The translations under genes were made by a program, and so were the position numbers. Below are positions 31,501-41,910 of a stretch of 64,000 nucleotides of DNA, piece after piece. Source of the DNA: a virus; the IMG/VR virus record IMGVR_UViG_3300037488_001841, positions 1 through 64,000 of that record; one strand, written 5' to 3'. Within the stretch, counting starts at the first letter, position 1. Each line of letters opens with the position of its first letter. The notes beneath the pieces are model-generated. The model was not told the DNA's origin, did no database searches, and saw only the letters and a list, made by a program, of their open reading frames with translations.

Positions 31501-34186
31501 AATATTATCTGCGGCGCCAAATACAACATCTAACGTTGTCCCTATTGCGTCTAACGTTGTTTATGCAAATCCTATAAATGGACAAACGTCCTCAGTTAGT
31601 ATTAATATTTTACAAACAGGAGATACAATAACTGATTCCATTAAAGATGATTTCCTAAAATACCCAACCGACATGGAGTATTTCCAAGTGATTACAGGTG
31701 TGAGCGTTTCTGATTTTATTAATATGTCTAGTACTTCAAATACTAATTTATTCCCTAAAAGATTTTTAAGACATCAAATTGTATATACAATAAGTGATCC
31801 TTCAGATGTATCAAACATATCGTTTTCATGGTCATCTCCTATTATACCACCGGCAACAGTATATGAAAATACATATAATAATGCGAATGGTTCATCGGCA
31901 ATTGATGCGAATTACTTTGACTGTTTAGATAGTTTATCAGATGGTTTAAATTACGAGGTTCTTATGTTTGTAAGGGGAGTTGATCCGCACACTGAAAAAC
32001 AAAAAGTAAAATATGATCTTTCTCGTATCTTTGGATTTACAGGGTGGAACCAACCTGGATTGAACATAACTGGAGATTATTATTTAAATCAACCAATAAA
32101 ACCGGTTGGGGTTGCACCATTAACACATAATACTCCAACAAATACGTTTAATAATTTATATTTCCCTTCTTTTACTTTTAATATTAGTCCATCAATACCG
32201 GGTAATCAAAATTATACAGGGTTTACATCTACATTACCATATTATTATTTATCAACAGATGATAATTTTGCAACAGGATATATACCTGTCAACGGGTTTC
32301 CAACTAAAGGATTGTTATCTGCGACTTTACAGACGTTAATTGCCAACAGTAATTATACCTTACCAAGACAACAAACAGATTATATAGGTGGTGGACCATT
32401 TATTGCGTCATCGTTTAATACACCATATACGATTAATGGTATGTATTATGGTCAAGTTTCATCTGAGGATGATTACGGTTATCCAAATGTAATACCTAAT
32501 CAGTTCTTTGCGTTATATTCTACCGCATATTTTAAATATCCGGCATTAGTTGGTGTTAATTTTAACAATAGAAATAGAATAGTGATGAGGAGTGATAGAT
32601 TACCAACATCAACCTGTGTTGAAAATGCTCCGGGTAATAGAACCGCATATGCTTTACATCAAAATAATGATTTTTGTTATTACAAAACTGACGGAGTTGG
32701 AAGTCAACAATCAAATAGTTTTAGTAGTATATATGAAATTGCGGGTAATCTTGATCAATTTAGTGGTAGTACGGGGTTAACGCAAACACTTACTTGTGAT
32801 GGGTTAGTGTCATTAGAATGTTATTCAGGTACTGGTACTAATGTGGGTGTGATTCCCGCTAATCAATGTTCTGTTCCTGAAAATAGGGTAACTAAAGGTT
32901 GTTATTGTTTATTAAATAAGACATATCTCCTTGAATTTGGTTCGGACGCTAGATTATTTATGGAATGGAAAACAAGATTTACGTTAGTATTTGCAACCTG
33001 TAGAGGTGTTTTTGCTCAGACATTCCAAAACAATTGGATTAATGGTACATTATATATGCCATCTTTTAATAAGAGATCAATATATCCTACAAATAATCTT
33101 ACAAATATATCAACACCTAATTATGTGTATTGTAAAGATATTGTCGTTTACAATAACATAAGTAATAATTTTTACTATAGAAGTTCCCCTTGGAGTGACA
33201 ATGTACAAGAGTTTATTGGTAAAGAAATACCTCAACCACCAAATTGGATAACGCTTAATTTTAATCCGGGATATAACGAAAAGAATATAATGTTCCCGAC
33301 TACAATATTAGACATGGGGCCAAGAGATTCATATATAAGTGAAATATGTAATAACCCAAGTTTTAAAGGATACATGAGTGATCAATTTAGATCAACTAGT
33401 TATAATGAAAATGGTGATATAATACAATTAGGGTTTTTATCTAGAATTTTAAATGAAAATTTTAGACAAGTAATGATACCTATTACTACAGGTGGTAATA
33501 ATTCGGAAGGTAAGGGACTTGCACAATTCTTTAATAGTGGTAGAGGTGGAGATAGAATTGATGGTGATTTTGCACAAGCATTATCAATAAATTCTGAATT
33601 TAAAATTAATCCATTTATTGATGAAAACTACGGTAATGTGGATATTTTTATTGGTGATGACGGACAATTACCATCACCAAGTAAACCTGTTTTTGGTGTA
33701 TTTTATAGATCATCAAATATTGAATATTCATATAGAAGAAAATTAACTCCAGGAATTGAAATTTATAACATATCACCTTTATTACAAGACGCTTATGGAC
33801 ACCCTAAAACTCAAGTGGTACCACATTATAAATGGATATTACAACCATCTAATGTTATTTTTGGTGCGGAATCTAATAATTGGTGGACAATTCCTAATCA
33901 AAGTGGTGGTGTTGGATTCTTCAAAAAAGGGTATCAAGATTTAGATTATAGTGTTGATCCTTATTTTACAACACCGGCATTACAACCTGGTAATCCATTA
34001 CCGTTATTACCTCAAGGTTTTATAACAAATTTTAATCAAAATACAGGATTACCTGAGCCTTCATTCACAGTAAATGGTAATCTTTATTTGGTTGGAGCTC
34101 CAAGTCATTTTTATTTTGGGTTAAATAATGGAAAAACGGCAATGAATAGATTCATAAAAAAATATATTGATACTGCAGACATATAA
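28547..34186 (+). CDS. Giant putative virion/baseplate protein with transthyretin-like N-domain and central hydrophobic (TM-like) segments
   Basis: GRVLVNNGYGVPNARVSVF...TNDSGDYMIFGVPTG; hydrophobic block at about 30300-30640; Cys clusters; TATTTAT upstream. Confidence 0.55.
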   Translation: MPKSYRIRTTPGTEKTINIQLEQDFEFLEILSLKINQGDIYNRMCSDYGVIIGRVLVNNGYGVPNARVSVFIPIDDIDIDNPIISELYPYRTLSDVSEDGYRYNLLPKEPSYTGHAATGTFPNKEEILIDQSYVEVYDKYYRFSVRTNDSGDYMIFGVPTGTQTILMDVDLSDIGCFSLSPQDLIDSGVAVESQVNGSKFKTSTNLSELPQIVTLNKIIEVAPLWGEPEICLLGITRADFDLTSSANITIKPNAVFMGSLISTTDDDAVRAITCMPKNDTGNLCELISGPGQILTIRQTINVDQDGRPILETHELDEDGKVIDADGAFLINVPMNLNYIVTNEFGEQVLSNDPKKGIPTKGKYRFKFKWQNEQGLQNPFLRGHYLVPNIKEHGWVTSVIDPLINYPTTQYQFTLPGGTFTTTVTLNNTSTGGLVLDNKINVESFTVLLNGIPYFGDLESIPITVIPTTITINVVPINPGTLTQFNYTFYQQPTFDALRSYAFSLDWNDYGDNTTVVGQQMIQEAIDCEDKFYEFNYNKVYTTSMFLDRYKKGAGRAKHLGIKEIDDRTCKSTVNTFPVNDIIRNFDFIFFVFNLLINILAIPILVILFVAHFIAFIWPVLKYLLIVLGVYFAYQAISDGVELTNWIISATSTVSVPGGPVFSAGLILQIALYYAKLLFKLGLSLAFIAFTVKYLIKITNFPRIGLPMMSYPECTSCDCDCGNAELDDDIDENTVNASIEEQQNGLDDSGIQYAQSTSFIAPLNLTSSYDVNHPNLNNFPGEDSDDNDKGYFFAGASLSTNKQYKSLINRVVDDQVGGDVIIDAIFDFKRLFSGFDILSSTTDPNAFNKFHAPQPFLFAAEKTNGADDRWFGHPLSETYPQKLNEFNTRDKYFGNIGVGGGGSNIIRTTVNPQLSVAPYNLGTQPTFTDQIVVVLANAGTAQTLGIGELVTFQDPNFNNGQVISRKINLTGATTNTFGNNAVTGTTILSAAPNTTSNVVPIASNVVYANPINGQTSSVSINILQTGDTITDSIKDDFLKYPTDMEYFQVITGVSVSDFINMSSTSNTNLFPKRFLRHQIVYTISDPSDVSNISFSWSSPIIPPATVYENTYNNANGSSAIDANYFDCLDSLSDGLNYEVLMFVRGVDPHTEKQKVKYDLSRIFGFTGWNQPGLNITGDYYLNQPIKPVGVAPLTHNTPTNTFNNLYFPSFTFNISPSIPGNQNYTGFTSTLPYYYLSTDDNFATGYIPVNGFPTKGLLSATLQTLIANSNYTLPRQQTDYIGGGPFIASSFNTPYTINGMYYGQVSSEDDYGYPNVIPNQFFALYSTAYFKYPALVGVNFNNRNRIVMRSDRLPTSTCVENAPGNRTAYALHQNNDFCYYKTDGVGSQQSNSFSSIYEIAGNLDQFSGSTGLTQTLTCDGLVSLECYSGTGTNVGVIPANQCSVPENRVTKGCYCLLNKTYLLEFGSDARLFMEWKTRFTLVFATCRGVFAQTFQNNWINGTLYMPSFNKRSIYPTNNLTNISTPNYVYCKDIVVYNNISNNFYYRSSPWSDNVQEFIGKEIPQPPNWITLNFNPGYNEKNIMFPTTILDMGPRDSYISEICNNPSFKGYMSDQFRSTSYNENGDIIQLGFLSRILNENFRQVMIPITTGGNNSEGKGLAQFFNSGRGGDRIDGDFAQALSINSEFKINPFIDENYGNVDIFIGDDGQLPSPSKPVFGVFYRSSNIEYSYRRKLTPGIEIYNISPLLQDAYGHPKTQVVPHYKWILQPSNVIFGAESNNWWTIPNQSGGVGFFKKGYQDLDYSVDPYFTTPALQPGNPLPLLPQGFITNFNQNTGLPEPSFTVNGNLYLVGAPSHFYFGLNNGKTAMNRFIKKYIDTADI

Positions 34187-35952
34187 TGGGAGTAAATGAT
34201 ACAACAAAAATTGTTTTAGGATCTTTGAGATACAAAGCGTCTCCAAATACGGTATTGTCCGTAAATGTTGATTTAAATCAAAATGAAAAAGAATTAATTG
34301 AATTTGATAGAAATGTTGATTTAAGTTTACAACAAGTTTTTACTGATGAGAGACAATTAGGTACAATATTTAGACCTGTTACCAAATATTCGGTCATCTT
34401 TAAGAATGAGTATACTGGTACAACAAATTATAATCCTTTTAAGGATAATTTATATTACACCAATGCTATTGCTAACACAATATCAACATTCCCTAATGGT
34501 AATTTACCTCCAATACAACCTAACTTAAATGTACTTTGGGAGGGTTATCCACAATATTTTGAATTTGATTTTATTAGAACTGATAACAATGTTGTTGGTT
34601 ATACGGTACCGCCAAATAACCATATAAATTTTGTTAATAAAAGTGCTAGTACATATAATTGGACTCATTATATGAGTTATGCGTTTACTAATGAACCAAA
34701 TAGACAAATGTATGCTATTGATAGTATTACAACTACAAGTTGGGCTTGGGTTGCTTCCGATGGTATACCATTCATTATCAATGAAGGTAATGATGATTTT
34801 GGTCCGGTCATTTCATTCAGATGCCCAATGAAACACGGGTTAAACGTAAATGAATTTGTTGAATTATCATTAACATATAACAACACTAATGTGTTTCAGG
34901 TTATAAGTTTAGGTGACCCCGCTTTCGGTAGTGATGAATATATTTTCAACATATATAATATTGGGTATATTGGAACAACTTTTAATAATGGTAATACAGG
35001 TACCTTTAAACGAGTTATTAATAGAAGTAACCTCAATGAAACTAGATCTGAATATTATGTTAGAGTACATAAAATTTTAACAAATGCTGAAGATGCGGTT
35101 TTAGTTAAAGCGGGGTTTGAACAAAATATTTTTAATCCTAAAACTAAATTTGAAACGGCGGTATTAACTCCAAATGGAGTATCAAGGTCATCTGTTAAAG
35201 AAGGTGGTCAAGCATATTCACTTTCTTTTAATGTGGATGTTGATGTACAACCACTTAGGGATAATCAAAACAGACCAATATCTGAATTATACTTTACAAC
35301 AGTGTGGAAAGGGTATTTTGGGTGGACAAAAAAATTAAAACAAGGTTGGGGGTTCAATATACCACTTAGCAATTCAATCCCAAACCCTTGGTGGGATGTT
35401 TCAAATCCACTATCAAACACTAATATTGTTACTAACACATATAATAGTTTAACTATTCCACCTTCAGGATTTACGTATAATGAAAACCTTAAACCGGGAG
35501 ATCTAATTGATGGTGATTATTGTGAGTGGAATGATTATGAGCAAACCGAGAGAGTTATTTCAAGATATAATCAAAAAATTACTTTTAACCAAACTTATTT
35601 TTGGTTAAATACAGATGCTCCCCAATCCAACCAATTTGGATATTATTATAACCCTCACGACCCAATAGTGATAAGAAGATATTCAACATATATTGAGGAA
35701 GGAGATCCATTAAAGGTGATTAACATTCCTGATTATGCTTTTTATTCAAACTTATCAAATAGTTTTAGATGGAGAGATATATATCCATATGGGTTTGTTG
35801 ATAATGATGGGGTTGGTGTTGACTATCCGTTTATCAATGGAAAACATTACCCATTTGTGAATACCATTTTTAGAATAACACCTGAAGGAAGTAATGTGGG
35901 TGTAGATGACATAACCGTAATAGCAGAACCAATAGTAGATGATTGTGAATAA
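34186..35952 (+). CDS. Putative virion structural protein
   Basis: Translationally coupled within the baseplate operon; beta-rich. Confidence 0.55.
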   Translation: MGVNDTTKIVLGSLRYKASPNTVLSVNVDLNQNEKELIEFDRNVDLSLQQVFTDERQLGTIFRPVTKYSVIFKNEYTGTTNYNPFKDNLYYTNAIANTISTFPNGNLPPIQPNLNVLWEGYPQYFEFDFIRTDNNVVGYTVPPNNHINFVNKSASTYNWTHYMSYAFTNEPNRQMYAIDSITTTSWAWVASDGIPFIINEGNDDFGPVISFRCPMKHGLNVNEFVELSLTYNNTNVFQVISLGDPAFGSDEYIFNIYNIGYIGTTFNNGNTGTFKRVINRSNLNETRSEYYVRVHKILTNAEDAVLVKAGFEQNIFNPKTKFETAVLTPNGVSRSSVKEGGQAYSLSFNVDVDVQPLRDNQNRPISELYFTTVWKGYFGWTKKLKQGWGFNIPLSNSIPNPWWDVSNPLSNTNIVTNTYNSLTIPPSGFTYNENLKPGDLIDGDYCEWNDYEQTERVISRYNQKITFNQTYFWLNTDAPQSNQFGYYYNPHDPIVIRRYSTYIEEGDPLKVINIPDYAFYSNLSNSFRWRDIYPYGFVDNDGVGVDYPFINGKHYPFVNTIFRITPEGSNVGVDDITVIAEPIVDDCE

Positions 35953-36760
35953 ATATAAAATAGTACTACCAGAGAACGATCAGTATCTTAACATACCTTT
36001 AGAAATGAATTGGGATTTTCTTGGTAGGGACGATAGTATTGAAGTTTATCAAGAAACAATGGTTAAGGAGGTTGTTGGTGGGGTTAATGATTTTGAGGTC
36101 CTTCAATTTTCACACAATGAATACGTTAATAATTCAAATTTTGAAAAGACAAATATAAATTATGAATTTTATTTTTATGATAATGTTATACCAATAACGT
36201 CACCATTAGTTAATAGTACGAATTGGAATAATAGTTATTTAGACGAAGGTTTTACGGTTGATGAGGTTTATTATTATACAAAACCATTCACAAAGTCATT
36301 TTTTAAGTTGGATTTATATGATACGGATGATGAAAAAACTCAAGTATTATATCTAACTATTATTTTACCCGTACAACAAGGATTTACTCAAACGGCATCA
36401 TTATCATCATTATTGACTAACGTTGATATAAGAATACCAAAGTTTAGTTTGGATTATGTGGGGGATAAAGAAGGATTCCATATATATTGGTTAAGAAAAC
36501 AATTATATATTGATATTAGTGAATTCTATATGACGGCTAAATTTTTTGATGGTAGATTGGGTGTTTATGTTAGAATGACAAACACACCACAATCAAACAT
36601 TGCTAATAAATTCACATTTAATCCGAATGATTATTTCTATTACAAGGTTAATTTGGATTACACAAATAAAACTTATGAAGTTTATGCAACTTCTAATCTA
36701 ACACAAAGAGTTGGTATTGATGGATTTCCAATTTTGTGGTATGAATATGTAAACCCGTAA
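35939..36760 (+). CDS. Putative virion structural protein
   Basis: Overlapping, coupled ORF in the structural operon. Confidence 0.55.
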   Translation: MIVNKYKIVLPENDQYLNIPLEMNWDFLGRDDSIEVYQETMVKEVVGGVNDFEVLQFSHNEYVNNSNFEKTNINYEFYFYDNVIPITSPLVNSTNWNNSYLDEGFTVDEVYYYTKPFTKSFFKLDLYDTDDEKTQVLYLTIILPVQQGFTQTASLSSLLTNVDIRIPKFSLDYVGDKEGFHIYWLRKQLYIDISEFYMTAKFFDGRLGVYVRMTNTPQSNIANKFTFNPNDYFYYKVNLDYTNKTYEVYATSNLTQRVGIDGFPILWYEYVNP

Positions 36761-36761
36761 G

Positions 36762-37934
36762 ATGGAAGAACAAAAATATTATTTTAAAATATCACCTGAA
36801 AATGTTAAACGAGACATTGTGGAAGTTACCTATGTTGAGAATACTGGATATGCGTATAGTGCCGACCCTTGTTGTTCAATTACCTCAGTAACCCCCACTT
36901 CATTAACTGGTTTTACCGGTGTTTATTCGGGTATGTCTCAGATTTTATCGGGAGGAACTAATGGGCAATCATTATTAACGGGATTAACGGTTCCAATCCT
37001 TTTAACGGAGGTGGCAACAGATCTTGGGTATTATTCGGTTTTTGATGGGGCGATATTACAAAAAGAAGTTATTACGAATTTTTTATTTTCGGCAACAACA
37101 AGTAATCCATATACGTTTTATTTCTTTAATACTTCGGATACGGAGTTTAAGAAGTTTTTGTCCGTCTCAACATATACTGTTGATTGGGGTGATGGATCAC
37201 CAATACAAACTGTAACAAGTCCAACACAATATACTCATGTTTACCCTGTTGTTAATCAAACTTTTACAATTACATTAAAGGCAACTTCACCTTGGGGGAT
37301 ATCTATTATAACCAAAACGGTTACGGTACCATTTACTAATGTTCCAATTTTGAACCCTAATGGTGTGGCAACTTTTACTCCTGCTGGTGGTAGTTGGGCA
37401 AATACATCATTTAGTTATGATTACATTTTTTCGGGGGATTCAAATACAGATGTAAATGATTATATAAGTTCTAATTATACTACGGTACCATTTGTGATTA
37501 CGGGATTAACACAATCAAATGTTAATGATTTAAGGGTATATGGTCCAACATATAATTTATTTGCGGGTAAATACAAATTAGGGATACAAGTTACGGGAAC
37601 ATCAGAATCTGTTGGGACTTATTGGGGTCCTGATCCAACAAATACATACACTGCTTATACAATTAATGACATTCTTTACTATGATTACAATGATGGTACA
37701 ACAATATACATTATTGAATCATCAGGATTTACACAAAATGATTTGATATTGTCGGCTATAACCAAGAACGAGGCATTACTTAATGTTATTGATCAACCCG
37801 AAATTCAAACAGATGTGTATGTAGAAAGAGGTAAAAACTCGGCATTAGAATTTGTTGAACGACTTGGTGAGGTAGATAATGTTGGGGATTTAGAAAAATA
37901 TGGATATGGATTTTTTAATGTTGAAAAACAATGA
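36762..37934 (+). CDS. PKD/Ig-like domain structural protein
   Basis: YTVDWGDGSP...THVY....FTITL.AT matches the PKD signature. Confidence 0.65.
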   Translation: MEEQKYYFKISPENVKRDIVEVTYVENTGYAYSADPCCSITSVTPTSLTGFTGVYSGMSQILSGGTNGQSLLTGLTVPILLTEVATDLGYYSVFDGAILQKEVITNFLFSATTSNPYTFYFFNTSDTEFKKFLSVSTYTVDWGDGSPIQTVTSPTQYTHVYPVVNQTFTITLKATSPWGISIITKTVTVPFTNVPILNPNGVATFTPAGGSWANTSFSYDYIFSGDSNTDVNDYISSNYTTVPFVITGLTQSNVNDLRVYGPTYNLFAGKYKLGIQVTGTSESVGTYWGPDPTNTYTAYTINDILYYDYNDGTTIYIIESSGFTQNDLILSAITKNEALLNVIDQPEIQTDVYVERGKNSALEFVERLGEVDNVGDLEKYGYGFFNVEKQ

Positions 37935-37984
37935 TTTTGAGTATTTATATTTAAACGATAAACAAACTTTAAAAACTAATAATT

Positions 37985-38893
37985 GTGGCTACAGGTAATT
38001 ACGGAACAATAAGAAGTGCAGATGTTAGCCCTGATGACGTAGAAATAATTTTAAATTATACACCATCAAGAGACGAGACAGACAATTTCGTACTAACAAA
38101 ATTAAACGCTAGTACGGTATTACGACCATATTTCCACAATGGAACTACTGGTGGTAATGCGAATGTTGAAATACTTGGGGGTTTATATAATCTTAAGTTA
38201 CCTACCGACCAATTCAACCAATTAGGGATATACACACTTTATATTAGACCCGCAGAAATTAGAACTAAAATTCTTGACTGTGGTATTTTATCTGCATTAC
38301 CAAATGTTAAAGGTATTGTTGTGGATATTAATAATGTTCCTGCTAACTTTAGAAACAAATTTATTAATCAAGGTTTAGTAGGTTTTAGAGTTGAGTATTT
38401 GAATTCAGATGGAACAAAAATACCTAATTTCTTTAGGATAATAACCTCATCGTTTTATTGTGAACCTGTGGTTGAAAATTTAACAAACACTAGTCAAAAG
38501 GCGATAAGATATAGATATGTGGAAGCATCAACAAACTTGATTTTTTGTACATTATCCCCATCATCATCACCAACCAATAAACCAAATGCAACACCATTTA
38601 TTGGACAACCCGATCAAAATATAATAATCTCAAATACATTCTTCAACCCAACAACGGTTGAAATTGAAATTGTTGAACACGATATATCAACATTGGCAAT
38701 TGCGTTATACGGTAATCAAACCAAATCTATGGATGATGGTATATACACCATTTACGATAGTGATAACAATATCTACAAACAATACAACCTTTATGAGATT
38801 AGAGATCAATTTAATAATTTATTATATGAGGTAAGACAAGATAGAGGTGATAACATTGATTTTAGTAAAAACTTCTCAAATATAACTTCATAA
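37985..38893 (+). CDS. Putative virion structural protein
   Basis: GTG start after TATTTATA (37942). Confidence 0.55.
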   Translation: MATGNYGTIRSADVSPDDVEIILNYTPSRDETDNFVLTKLNASTVLRPYFHNGTTGGNANVEILGGLYNLKLPTDQFNQLGIYTLYIRPAEIRTKILDCGILSALPNVKGIVVDINNVPANFRNKFINQGLVGFRVEYLNSDGTKIPNFFRIITSSFYCEPVVENLTNTSQKAIRYRYVEASTNLIFCTLSPSSSPTNKPNATPFIGQPDQNIIISNTFFNPTTVEIEIVEHDISTLAIALYGNQTKSMDDGIYTIYDSDNNIYKQYNLYEIRDQFNNLLYEVRQDRGDNIDFSKNFSNITS

Positions 38894-41800
38894 TGGCGGT
38901 AAATAATTATAAATGTCCTCCTCAGCCTGCCAGCGGTCAAGGCACTTTTTCTGACAACTTAGTTGGTTTACAATTAGTTGATGGGGGAGGTCTTACCCAA
39001 GCGAATTTTGAGTTTACTACAAATATTACTGAAAAACAAAATAGAACATTTTCAATTGGGTCATTTTCTGATCCGATATCCTTAGATAGTTTAAATATTA
39101 ATAGTATTGAGGAATCAAAAAAATTAATTGCCGATAACTTTAGAGTTTATCCTAATTTTGATTTAAGTCAGGTTACTAATTTCACCATGTTTGGTTCTTT
39201 AACAAAAAGGATGTCAACTTCGGTGACTAACATAATAAATTTTTTCCCTGCGGCTTTAGATGTACAAAGTACTCAGCCTAATTTCGTAACTTCTATCACG
39301 GTTCAAAATGCGTCGTATGATAGTGTTGAGGACGAAACATATTTTGAGATACCTATTTCTGTTATTAGAAATCCATTTGGAATTGATTATACGGTTAATG
39401 CAACAAGAAACTTAGAATTAAGAGAAATACCTGTTTCTTATTTAAGAAACTTTACCACACAATATTTAAAGTATTCATTATTCTTTAATGATGTTGAATA
39501 TCCTGTGTCTGATTTTATACCGGCGCAACCAACAGATACAGTATTAAAAATTTATGTTAATGGTAATCCATTTTTAGGTGTTCCAAGTGTTAGTGATAAC
39601 TTTATAATAAGACCAAAACAACTTTATGTTAATAAGGTCTTCAATGAGAATTTAGATCAAGTTGAGAATTTCTTACTTAATAGAAATATCGTCCCTATTT
39701 ATAGTGCGTATTTCCAAGTCCCTAAAGAAAATGAGGATGGGACATATTCTTACAGTCAAGAAGTTGCGATATTTCCATTAGTTGGTACATGGAACTTAGA
39801 TATCGTATCTCCAAGATTTACAAATTATTTAACAAAATTAAATAATATTTCGGAATACATTGATTTATATAAAACAAACTTAATTACAAGATTTTTAACT
39901 GCGGATGCAATCAAAGAGTTTGATACCGCGGACAGAAAAATGGAAAAGGTTTTACAAATCTATGGTAGAAGTTTTGATGAAACAAGAAAATTCATTACGG
40001 CTCTTGCTAATATGAATTCTGTAAATTATAATATTAAAAATGATATACCATCACAATTACTTAAAAATTTAGCACAAACATTAGGTTGGAATATAAATAT
40101 TTCCCCAATAACTAATGATCAATTATTAAGTTCTGTGTTTAGTGATGGTAGTAATGCTTTTACGGGGTTACCTCAAGGACAAACACCTGAGGAGTTAAAC
40201 TACCAATATTTTAGAAACTTAATATTAAATTCCGCCTTTTTATTCAAATCAAAAGGTACGAGAAAGTCAATTGAAATTTTATTAAGAATGGTTGGGGCTC
40301 CTGAAGCATTAACCGAATTTAACGAACACGTATATGTTGCGGATCAAAAAATCAATTTAAGACAATTTGGAATACAATACGCTCAAATATCGGGAGGAAC
40401 TTATTCCCAAGAATTACCCGTTTTAGATACGAATGATTTGTTTTCTATAATGGGTGTTCAGTACACAGGGTTTACAACAACAACCATCACACAAGATGTG
40501 TCATTAACGATAAATGATTATCCTATTGATAGTTTTGGTTACCCAAGTATGCCTGTCCCAACAGACACATACTTCTTCCAAATTGGTGGAGGTTGGTTTG
40601 AGTCAACACCACAACATAGGATGCCGGCTCAAGCGGATTTAACAAATAGTGTGTTTACGGGAGCAAATCCAAACTATCAAACAAAATTACTTCCGTTTAA
40701 TTATGGTCAGGAATACTTAGAAAGATATCGTAGTTTCCCTTACATGGATTTAGGGTTTAATCTTCGAAAAACGGTGGATAATAAGAAAAGTTGGACTGAT
40801 AATGAGAAGTATTTAAGAAAGAATTTTGATGGGAACTTTAATGCTTATTATGGGGTTTCTGATGATAGGTTAGTTATAAATGTAAAAAATGTTGATCTTT
40901 TTATGAATCCGGCTCAAGGGTTGGTTTATGATGTGTGGACAATGTCAAGAAGATATAATTATCCGATACCTGAAGAAGGTTTGTTCTATGTGGATCCAAC
41001 TTACTGTAATCCATATCCAAATATTGAATACCCAAATAGAGGTGGTATAGATTGGACTGTAATTGTACCTAAACCAAAACAAAAAACATTCTTTGAGTTT
41101 GCTCAAACTTTTTGGAAGAATATGATTAATGTTAGGAATAGACAGTTTATGACCGACGGTAAAACTAGTGGGTATCCAACATTATCCTCAATATATTGGA
41201 AATATTTAGAATCTGAACAAGCAATTAATGTTCGTAATGACAACTTCAATTATCAAACAATGATTGATTATGTTGATGGAATGGGAGATTATTGGATTAG
41301 ATTGGTAGAACAAATGATTCCGGCGACAACAATATGGAATACCGGTGTTAAATATGAGAATTCAATTTTCCATAGACAAAAATTTGTATGGAGAAGACAA
41401 CGAGGATGTGAAATTATTCCTGTTCCTTGTAAACCTTGTAAGTTAATTACTCAAATATTCTCATATGACTGTCCTGTACAAGAAACTGTTGTTGGTTTAT
41501 ATCCTTGGGATACAAACCCATCAATAACTTCATTTGGGGCTCTTTTAGGTAGTTCATTAACCACATATGGAAATGCCAATAATGTGAATATTAATAATGA
41601 TTGTTTATTGAATACATTAGAAAGTGATTGGTATATTGATATTAGAATCGATGGTACTCCGATCTTAATTTATGAATTCTTCAATGGGGTAGGATACTCA
41701 AATCCTGCTTTAAGTGCTCCAACGGCGAATGATTGGCTTAACGGATTATATGATGCTTTAGTTGGTTTACTTGATTATGGTTTAGATTATATTATTGATA

Positions 41801-41910
41801 CCACTAATCAAACCATAACAATTTATAATAATAATTGTTTACCGATAAATAAAACCCAAAATTTTGAAATAAATGTGGGTATAAACTTTGATATACTATG
41901 TAATCCGTGA
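38893..41910 (+). CDS. Baseplate wedge protein (gp7 / P2 gpI-like)
   Basis: IPSQLLKNLAQTLGW ... LFKSKGTRKSIEILLRMVG. Confidence 0.7.
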   Translation: MAVNNYKCPPQPASGQGTFSDNLVGLQLVDGGGLTQANFEFTTNITEKQNRTFSIGSFSDPISLDSLNINSIEESKKLIADNFRVYPNFDLSQVTNFTMFGSLTKRMSTSVTNIINFFPAALDVQSTQPNFVTSITVQNASYDSVEDETYFEIPISVIRNPFGIDYTVNATRNLELREIPVSYLRNFTTQYLKYSLFFNDVEYPVSDFIPAQPTDTVLKIYVNGNPFLGVPSVSDNFIIRPKQLYVNKVFNENLDQVENFLLNRNIVPIYSAYFQVPKENEDGTYSYSQEVAIFPLVGTWNLDIVSPRFTNYLTKLNNISEYIDLYKTNLITRFLTADAIKEFDTADRKMEKVLQIYGRSFDETRKFITALANMNSVNYNIKNDIPSQLLKNLAQTLGWNINISPITNDQLLSSVFSDGSNAFTGLPQGQTPEELNYQYFRNLILNSAFLFKSKGTRKSIEILLRMVGAPEALTEFNEHVYVADQKINLRQFGIQYAQISGGTYSQELPVLDTNDLFSIMGVQYTGFTTTTITQDVSLTINDYPIDSFGYPSMPVPTDTYFFQIGGGWFESTPQHRMPAQADLTNSVFTGANPNYQTKLLPFNYGQEYLERYRSFPYMDLGFNLRKTVDNKKSWTDNEKYLRKNFDGNFNAYYGVSDDRLVINVKNVDLFMNPAQGLVYDVWTMSRRYNYPIPEEGLFYVDPTYCNPYPNIEYPNRGGIDWTVIVPKPKQKTFFEFAQTFWKNMINVRNRQFMTDGKTSGYPTLSSIYWKYLESEQAINVRNDNFNYQTMIDYVDGMGDYWIRLVEQMIPATTIWNTGVKYENSIFHRQKFVWRRQRGCEIIPVPCKPCKLITQIFSYDCPVQETVVGLYPWDTNPSITSFGALLGSSLTTYGNANNVNINNDCLLNTLESDWYIDIRIDGTPILIYEFFNGVGYSNPALSAPTANDWLNGLYDALVGLLDYGLDYIIDTTNQTITIYNNNCLPINKTQNFEINVGINFDILCNP

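Noticed and set aside
1-41910. Bacterial eCIS/T6SS/tailocin locus
   Set aside because: Interleaved with phage-type gp32, UvsX, gp41, primase and gp46/47 genes, indicating a phage genome
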